A stretch of DNA of 41,207 nucleotides from Nemertoderma westbladi (Eukaryota; Animalia; Xenacoelomorpha): NCBI GenBank assembly GCA_032718475.1, contig JAUCBJ010000036.1, forward strand, positions 1 through 41,207, written 5' to 3'. Within the stretch, counting starts at the first letter, position 1; each line of letters begins with the position of its first letter. Positions 34,101 through 41,207 of the stretch are shown here, in pieces. The position numbers and the translations under genes are program-made. The notes beneath the pieces were generated by a model, which was given only the letters and a program-made list of their open reading frames with translations, did not search any database and was not told where the DNA came from.

Positions 34101-35556
34101 AATAATTGTTCCATATCTTTATTCCATACGACCATACGTCCTATAGAAGACATACTGTATTAGAGAAAATGAGCAATGAAAATACGGCGACAGTATTCAG
34201 TAAAACTGAATGGACACAGACGGTGACTCAGTTTGTTTCAGACGACGACGGATCAAAGATTTATCACATCCATGCAGGAGATAACAACAATAAACTTTAA
34301 TTAGATATAAATGTTTAGTACCGGCACCTGTTAATAATTAAATACTATAATAATTAATTATAAAATAATAATAAAAGAACGGTCACTAACGTCCCAAAAA
34401 CTTATATAATCTGTGCAGAATGTCTAGACGTTGTACACATTGTCAGCTACTTATTGATATTTGATTACATTTAGTTTTAGGTAAATTAATTTGAAACCTT
34501 CGCATTTTATTTAATAAGTATTATTAAGTGTTACTATGTTACTCGCATAGAATATAAGTTTTAATTGAATGTACCGAGTACCGACATACTGACTAACAGG
34601 GGGTTGTTATGTATATATTAACTTAAAGGTAAACACTAGAGTCTTACACCCCTTAAACTACAAAGAAATATAGAATCAGGGCATTAAGCCCAAATTTGTA
34701 ACACAGACGCTAGGGCCATTAAAGGAAACAAACAAAACAAACAAAAAACACAAAAAATGCAAACAAAAATAACTTAATAACATGCTCCACATACAGCTGT
34801 ATGTATCGCAACCCTAACCCTAAGTCTACCCGACACACACTAAATGATACCGGTAATAAACTGCACGATAGCTAAGCCTATATTCTATAAGAAAATATAA
34901 GACAATTTTGTCGCCGTGAAAGGGGTAGGACTAGGGCAAAAATAATTAATTTGTGAAAAATATGATTGCGTTTCGGTGTCTGAGACCCAGTACGCGCTAA
35001 TCCTCGACACAATCTAATCCTGCTAATCCTGGACAGGGAATTAGCCAAGCCTATCTATATTGCACCAATGACCTAAATTAATTGCACCATCAAATCAGTG
35101 ACCCCCTAGCCCAAACAGACATCAGACCACAGAACACAGAAACCCTATCGGCCTATGGTATGTAAATATGTTACCAATGGGAAACTGGTAGAGTGCTACT
35201 GTAGGGCACACACACAGTACAAAATTTATATAAGATTTTATGATTTGCAGTAATGTCGGAATTGTGCTCCACTTTCATCAGATGATAATTGATGTTAACG
35301 ACATACTGACTAACAGGGGGTTGTTATGTATTAACTTAAAGGTAAACACACAGAGTCTTACACCCCTTAAACTACAAAAAATACAATATACAAAGTAAAA
35401 CTATATAAGTTTATACTAAATTACCAATTAGTAACACTAACCCATTTTGTCGACAAACATCATTGATTCACAGAGCGTTGCTCCTGGCAACGTGTTCTGT
35501 AACTGGAGGTCCGGCCTTTGGCGAACCATAGATCGGTGGTCTCGCTTTACACCCAT
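19079..35556 (-). CDS. Ets1/2: Ets1/2 (pointed)-family ETS transcription factor, 8 coding exons, 476 aa
   Basis: complement(join(19079-19169,19504-19631,19752-19873,23092-23302,24859-25097,25485-25820,32619-32807,35442-35556)) gives 1431 nt. All introns are GT-AG with compatible phases, and the product has PMTP, PNT and ETS domains. The first exon is the least certain. Confidence 0.88.
19504..19631 (-). CDS. Ets1/2: Ets1/2 exon 7 (ETS recognition helix)
   Basis: ttgcag| [42 protein letters not shown] |gtgagt. Confidence 0.97.
19752..19873 (-). CDS. Ets1/2: Ets1/2 exon 6 (N-terminal half of the ETS domain)
   Basis: tttcag| [40 protein letters not shown] |gtaggg. Confidence 0.97.
20056..20389. 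mobile_element. Non-autonomous element with ~65-bp imperfect inverted ends and a (GTC)n microsatellite, DINE/HINE- or MITE-like, copy A
   Basis: gtggggcgagccacgaagtgagcgaagcc...gagttgtctg pairs with cagacaactcg...gctcacttcgt...ccccac. A second copy lies at 27462-27790. Confidence 0.85.
21010..22882. mobile_element. Non-autonomous hAT-type DNA transposon (1873 bp)
   Basis: 14-bp TIRs CAGTGCCGGATTAA / TTAATCCGGCACTG, a perfect 8-bp TSD ACAGTAGT (21002-21009 and 22883-22890), and subterminal ggccctaaggcac at both ends. No transposase ORF. Confidence 0.92.
23092..23302 (-). CDS. Ets1/2: Ets1/2 exon 5 (linker/transactivation region)
   Basis: ttttag| [14 protein letters not shown]...DYKGVFHHH |gtaaat. 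GC-richer open frame whose phase 0->1 fits its neighbours. Confidence 0.8.
23567..23798 (+). mobile_element. tRNA-derived SINE (5' end eroded)
   Basis: B box GGTTCGATCCC at ~23587, a body shared with the satellite-embedded fragment, and a (TTTAC)-type tail. Confidence 0.7.
24859..25097 (-). CDS. Ets1/2: Ets1/2 exon 4 (transactivation region)
   Basis: tgatag| AYQVSQSLK...QTNRLPDE |gtatgt; phase 1->0 fits. Confidence 0.78.
25485..25820 (-). CDS. Ets1/2: Ets1/2 exon 3 (PNT/SAM domain)
   Basis: taatag| (D)[22 protein letters not shown]...[30 protein letters not shown]... |gtaagt. Confidence 0.95.
27462..27790. mobile_element. Same non-autonomous element family, copy B
   Basis: Colinear with 20056-20389 with scattered substitutions and fewer (GTC) repeats. 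Confidence 0.85.
30234..30316. repeat. 83-bp near-perfect palindrome (hairpin MITE-like)
   Basis: gtttacgtggtaacc(c)atgacggcgttaagtaat ... attacttaacgccgtcat(t)ggttaccacgtaaac. Confidence 0.85.
30606..30713. repeat. Imperfect hairpin MITE-like element
   Basis: aaagta..ttacagtg...tgatcc..gtgg pairs with ccac..ggatca...cactgtaa...tacttt around a cactaacgttcgttcgtg core. Confidence 0.55.
31137..31397 (-). mobile_element. Severely 5'-truncated CRE-like non-LTR retrotransposon (second family) with a 13-bp TSD
   Basis: The minus frame [32 protein letters not shown]...* matches the 'FL.QRLSIAIQRGNAASVLGT' CRE C-terminus. TSD agttagttagttt at 31124-31136 and 31398-31410. Confidence 0.78.
31650..32525 (-). 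mobile_element. Degenerate 3' fragment of an RTEX-like LINE (post-RT region plus CCHC motif)
   Basis: FTEDG...[19 protein letters not shown]...[13 protein letters not shown], then [11 protein letters not shown]...RRLCDC...[10 protein letters not shown]. The frames are broken. Confidence 0.75.
32619..32807 (-). CDS. Ets1/2: Ets1/2 exon 2 (ERK phosphoacceptor PMTP and start of PNT)
   Basis: atacag| ...[32 protein letters not shown] |gtgagt, comparable to LTP...ATFSGFTKEQQRLGIPKDP of vertebrate ETS1. Confidence 0.9.
34582..35378. repeat. ~80-bp direct repeat pair (34582-34664 and 35299-35378) in Ets intron 1
   Basis: cgacatactgactaacagggggttgttatgta...aacttaaaggtaaacac..agagtcttacaccccttaaactacaaa occurs twice. 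Confidence 0.9.
35442..35556 (-). CDS. Ets1/2: Candidate first coding exon of Ets1/2
   Basis: [41 protein letters not shown] |gttagt. A GC-richer island whose phase-1 donor matches exon 2; no homology support. Confidence 0.6.
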
Positions 35557-35737
35557 AAATGTTCGATCGCCAATAAAAAAAATACAGAAATATAAATGTT
35601 AACAAGGTTTGATTACTAAAGGTGTCTTAATGTTTCACCTAATAATATAATTTATTTTAGAATAAATAACCTATCGAACTAATTATTCACATAATATAAG
35701 TACAACTACTCAAAAGATTCATGGCAGTGAATTCATA

Positions 35738-36008
35738 TGATTGGATGAGATGATAATTAGTCAGACCAATCATAGGCGTTTCTTAGAATACTACTCTAAC
35801 TTTGTAATATTTTACAGAGCCATCCCCACTATCACACAGCCCCCTCCTCTCTCTACTCTCTCTCTCTCTCTCTCTCTCCCTGGTGGTCTGCATGGTAGGC
35901 ATTCAATGGTATACCTGTAGTATTATACACCATAAGGTGTGCCAATCTTAACAAAACTACTTGTGTGTGAATGGTTTGTATATTATAACAAACGCTCTGA
36001 TTGGCAGT
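35738..36008 (-). promoter_or_regulatory. Candidate proximal promoter of the Ets gene (CCAAT boxes, CT microsatellite)
   Basis: tgattgg (35738), ccaatca (35766), ccaatc (35942), ctgattggc (35997) and (CT)n at ~35846-35878, all 180-450 bp upstream of the candidate ATG. Positional inference only. Confidence 0.3.
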
Positions 36009-36845
36009 TCTCTCTGCTTTAGAGATACACAGTTAGTTATTTATATTTAGAGCCGTATTGTATGTATAGATATGCTGAGTCTGAATCCATACTAAATATG
36101 GGCATCCATATCCATAAACTATAATGTAAGTTCAGAGAATCAATTCTGAATTCTGATATGCTAATAATTTTTAATGTTGCAGATAAGGGAGGCTCTTTAC
36201 GCAATCAAAATACATCGATCTCCCGGGGAAAATCGAAGCGTAACAGCCGATTACTCTCAAAAACTCTCAAAAACATAACTGACTTTAGTTTTCTGTTTTG
36301 GTTAGAATAACACGGCACTGAAACCTGTTCATTTTCATTTCCGTTAATAATATGTTCATTTCGGCAATTAACATTGTTAGTTGGCTGATACGAGATATTA
36401 TGATATTTCCAAGGTTCAGTCTGCCTGTTAAAAAATCGACTGTTGCATAATTAATTAATATATTCGTTGTATCCCTTAACTTAAACACTTTGTTGTAAAT
36501 TAAGAAATAAGTTTTATATTTAATGTTTAAGAAGTCATATCATTCAATATTTGTGGACACGCATAATAATTTATTTTTCACCTTCTCTCATATAATTTTT
36601 GATTAAATCATGACGAAAATTCAATATTGTGCTGATTAATTAGAAAATGGTTCGTTCCACTTAAATTAGCAATGGCTATTATGTTTCAGTTTTCTTAACA
36701 AATGTGCAGTGCTTTTATTACAGCCAATGTTTAATTGAAAAGGTAGATGATGGTAGTTTAAGCGATTAAAGGCACCTTATCTATTGAAATCTATTACAAT
36801 ACCTGTTAGCTAGCCATACAATGGCCTTTGCGTTGGAAGGTTCGT

Positions 36846-37881
36846 TATTGGTTCACGGTCCTTGACATAGGTGACCATTATTACCGTAATGTGTGTGTGT
36901 GTGTGTGTTAGTGTGTGTGTGTGTGTGTGTGTGTGTCCAGAGCGATATCTCAGTTATTTATTAATCAATCGAAACAAAATTTGGACAAAAGTTAGATATA
37001 GGGATGGCGAAGGCTCATACAAAAAATTGGGTGTCGAGATGGTATTTGTGCGATGTGAGAAAAAGCTATCTTGTCATAGGGAACGCAATGAATGATTCTG
37101 ATATTTGGCATGGAGGTACCTGAATTATTTGTAAATCGATTAACGGAGGCCGATTTTTAAATTTGGACCTACATTATGACCTAATTGAAGATTTAATTAA
37201 GGTAATTAATTAGCACTGCTAGTACTGTCTGATTGTCTGCCTGTAGTAGGCATACCGGACCGGTACTACCTGACCACTGTAGGCCTATCTGCCTATCTTC
37301 ATACTGTCATAGGTCAGTACAGCAGTAGGTCCTAGCCTAGCCCTAGCAGTAAATATAATATTTCGCCATGTTCGCAGGCGACTTCGCACTGACTACCAGT
37401 AGGCCTATGCAGCTATGCTATGAGATTAACCGTCCAGTCGTTCAGATGCATATGGTACCGGTACTGGAACGGGTTACGGTTTAATCCTGCATTTGTCAAT
37501 TACGACAATACCGGTACGACTTTGAGTACCGCTGTACCGATACGCGGTAGCCTACCGTTACCGGTTGACCGGTAGGCGTAGGCGGTAGACCTACGGTGCG
37601 ATGGTAGCCAGCCGGTAGGTGGTAGGCTTACCGTACCAGTATAAATGTTGGCGGATGGCGGGATGACGTCGTGTGGCGCGTAATTACTTACCGGTTGCCG
37701 GTAGACGCCTACCCAACTCGTAACTGGTGGTCGTGGTCGTGGTGGGATGAGCACAGGAGCATGAGGTCGCCTACGATGGGAACAAGTGAAAAGGAAACAT
37801 AGGCCTACCCGAACGAAAACGTATTATTATTGTACTGATTAAGTAGGAGGACCGTGAACCTTCCAGGCTTGCCAGCTTGTT
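36846..37881 (+). mobile_element. Helentron-associated (HINE/DINE-1-like) non-autonomous element
   Basis: 13-bp subterminal inverted repeats ggttcacggtcct (36850-36862) / aggaccgtgaacc (37848-37860), a (TG)n microsatellite near the 5' end, and a 3' stem-loop caggcttgccagcttg followed by TT. Confidence 0.65.
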
Positions 37882-39699
37882 ATTGTTTAGTTGTTAGTGA
37901 CTCTGATGTTTGGAAATGGGCCCCCATCAACCTATACGTTTAATCTTAACATTCCAAAGATACTTTTTGTTGTATAAGTTGGGTAATTCGATGTATAGGC
38001 CTATTTATAAGATAAGTAACTATAAACTGAATCGTTTAGGTACAATATTATTTCAAACCTTTGTACCTTCAAGAGACAAAACACAACCTAGTTCATAGTT
38101 AATCATTACTTGTCAACGCTATAATTAAATTATACCATGACATGACTGCGTTGTTTCAATTTAATATGTGAAATGTAACAAATAGTATTTATTGTATTAG
38201 GGTAAAACCGGAGAGAAAACTGACAAACGCATTCGATCCCTTATCAAGGCTTTTATCATCAAGTTGTTGGAGTCCAATAATGTCGCAAGACATTGTTTTA
38301 CGTACTAAACAACTAAACTTAACCGATAGGCCTAATTAAAATATATAAATTGGAGACGTGGTTAATTAATTACTATATACTATCATCAATTCTTATAATT
38401 ATGTGTCAAAATAGGCAATCGTTGAATTTTAAAAATTTATCTTTCCTAATCCTATACTGTTATCTGGAGGAGTTATCTGTATTCGAATAATAAATAGATA
38501 GTCCTAACACTTTATATATTGATATATTTATATATATTGATATAAATCTATGCCTATATTGAGGTGAGTCTAATGTTTAATGCAGTGGTTCCAAGATAAA
38601 TTGTAATTGAAATTGATTGACTTATCAAACTTATATTTTTAAGATCCCCACCATTAATTAACAAGCCAATATCTCCGCCAATCAGTAATATTTTGAACAT
38701 AAGAACGATTTAAAATACGTCACTCACCGCACCAAACATATCTATTTAGTTATCCATTGATATATCGCCATGTCTGTTCTGTCAGTGTGTGTCTTTTAAT
38801 CCTACTGTTCTATTGTTGCAGACACGTTTGCTGCATTGTGTTACAAGTGGTGATTCCCATACACCCATTGCAGCTACCTGAATTCATCAACCGAGAGTAA
38901 TAGGCCTATATAGCTGTATGCTCTCCATGGGTGTCGTTTTCTGCTTACAGCTTACAAAGCCAACCCTATCTACATATCGACACTGCGGCCAAATTTGATC
39001 GCATGTAGGGAAAATATAATTAAAAATGAAATGAACTAATGACTTGAATGTATATTGACAGCTATGAGTGTCTTATGTAGGGCTGGTTTAACGTGGGAGA
39101 GATTTGTTAGCAATTAATAAGTGTTTCGTTATAAAGTCGGAGACACTTGACTGCCTCAGATAACCCGCCAGCGAGGTATATGCGGGTTTTGGCAATCGAA
39201 TCTTAAATTCGTTTGTAATTTCGGTTGCGAATTTTGTAAAGGGCGGCAGACCCTTTCTGATTTCGCCTTTCTGTTTACGATAAGCGGCGATATAATATTT
39301 GAACGAACTATGCGACTAACACCCACATATGTATTATACGATCTTATAACACAAAACACCGCCCGTCTATAAATAAATAAATAGTTATTTACCTAAGCAC
39401 TTTTTATTAGCATTCCCAAGCCATATTACCGCCGGCTAGGCCCCATGGACTCTTTCCAAAGTGGTTATGGGTAAATGACTGAACAATAATACTCATTACT
39501 CATTCATATATGTACCAGATAACTATCGTTGAGAAAAGTTGCTGGTGAGGCAGTTTACGACTCAGACCTCATAGCTCAACCTGATTTCTGTTGCAGGAAA
39601 AATGAGATAGTTGAATTTGAATGGTTACCAAAGACTGTTAAATTTTGGGAATTAAAGTGGCGGTCTTCTTGCCTCCGTGAGAGAGACTTCAGGGGAAGT

Positions 39700-40009
39700 G
39701 GCTACTGACCTGACCTATTGGCCGGACCCCTCTAAATACCGTACATAAATACCAAAGCTTTATATTTGATTTACAATTTACTTGTGTATATTGACCGTAC
39801 CCCAATTACCACAAATTAAGTAACCTGTTTAATCTTGTAACATGTGTTAACTTTCGTTTATTGTTTTGGTTTCCCCAACATGTCTCTGTAACCTGTACCT
39901 TTACTAACATGCTCCTTTAAATGGCAATGTGTCGGTCCGGTCAATAGGTCCGCTCAATGGGTCCAATCAGCGGGTCCGGTCAATTGAGCAATGGGTCCGG
40001 TCAGTAGCC
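39700..40009. mobile_element. ~310-bp MITE-like element with 11-bp inverted ends and GGTCCGGTCA subterminal repeats
   Basis: ggctactgacc (39700-39710) / ggtcagtagcc (39999-40009), with about five ggtcc(g)gtca variants at 39935-40003. No TSD found. Confidence 0.55.
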
Positions 40010-40401
40010 TTTGCCACCTTCAGGTTATAAGGTTTCAAGGACTCTGTTATACTTAATTTTACGTACGTTAACATTACGTAATAGGCGATTAGAAAAACGA
40101 ATTGAGGATTTGTGCGATGGATAATGTTTTTTTTAAATTCATCATCAGCATACAGAAAAAACATGCACGAACGGTAAAGGTCGATTTTATCCAGTGAGAC
40201 GGAAAAATGTACCAGCAGTAATTAATAACTTTTAGTTTTATAGTTTTTCGGTATGTATAGTTGTCGAGGTCATGCATATCATAAGTAAATAACTTTAAGA
40301 TTACTGTAGTTTGCTAGGGTTCCCTGACGAAAATCCGAACTGGGTTGATTACCGGAATCTAAAGGAGCAGTTTACAGTAGCACGTTTCTAACCAAAACAA
40401 T

Positions 40402-41207
40402 ACTACTAGGATCGGCATGCTGCATTGCAGCTGCATTAAGAATGCTGTGCCGGCTTGTCGACAAATTGCGCCGCCACAACTCCCTATCACCCATGACATT
40501 TGCTAGATCATCCGCATCTTCAAGGCCAGTGTCCTTTAAGATGCGTCTCAAGAAAGTCATGGGCTGCCCACCATGCTTATTCACTCCATGAGGCTGCTAA
40601 AGCACAAGATTATGCACTGGCTGGTCCTCACGGCGAAAGCAATGTCCTGCAAAGCGGAGGCGATTTTGTTCTAGTGTCAAGCTTGGGGGAACCAATGAGA
40701 CACCTCCAATGTTATATAGTGTCTGGTTGGAGATGTGTGCATTGTACTTGACACAATGAACACGGCGTAGCATTCTTGTGAATGTGCCATTCAGAGATTT
40801 GGTGTCCTCAGCAGTTAGAGCCCAGCATGGACTCCCATAGAGGAGTACTGGAACTACTGCTGCTCTAAATAATCGGACCTTAAGTTTCCGATTAATTCTC
40901 GGCGACTTCCAAATCCTGGAAAGCCTATTCAAAGCTGCCCATGCCTTTCCCTTACGTATTCGAAGGTCCTCACCTGACTTCCGGATCCATGATCCCAGGT
41001 AACAGAAGTCGTCCACATGCTCAAGCATACCATCCTTTGAGCTTAGGCTCATCCGATCAGAGACTTGCTGAGGACTTTCAAAGTTAACGGTCAGAATTTT
41101 GGTCTTTCTGGAGTTAATAAAAGAAGCAGCATGTTCTAATGAGCTGAGGAGCCGTTGGGCTCCCTCTAATGATTCTGAGAGTACTCCTAAGTCATCAGCA
41201 AAGTCTA
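40402..41207 (-). mobile_element. RTE-clade LINE copy 3 (3' part, runs off the right edge)
   Basis: Nearly identical to copies 1 and 2, with a (TAG)n tail at ~40402-40410, a TGG->TAG nonsense change at 40597-40599 and a 12-bp deletion at ~41122. Confidence 0.93.

Noticed and set aside
34811-34823. accctaaccctaa as interstitial telomere
   Set aside because: Only two units, which is expected by chance.

Overview
This is AT-rich animal (invertebrate-like) genomic DNA, not a prokaryotic locus. Its main host gene is a minus-strand Ets1/2 (pointed)-family transcription factor. I rebuilt it by hand from 8 phase-consistent GT-AG exons (35556->19079, 476 aa). It has an ERK-type PMTP site, a PNT/SAM domain and an ETS domain, but no recognisable HI-1/HI-2 autoinhibitory segment. 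An EamA/SLC35G-like transporter ORF lies at 12513-13598 (-), directly below a 3-kb GCTG(GTA)n satellite that contains a triplicated SINE fragment. The left end holds the 5' half of a BEL/Pao-like LTR retrotransposon (-): a 297-bp LTR at 4999-5295, a PBS, a ~2.6-kb leader and a gag-like ORF that shifts frame near the window edge. Its LTR contains a diverged copy of its own terminus plus the adjacent flank. The rest is transposon-derived: three near-identical RTE-clade LINE copies (one scrambled into four pieces), two CRE-like and one RTEX-like LINE fragments, an hAT-type element with an 8-bp TSD, Helentron/DINE-like elements, tRNA-derived SINE heads and hairpin MITEs. All calls come from reading the sequence by eye; no database searches were run.
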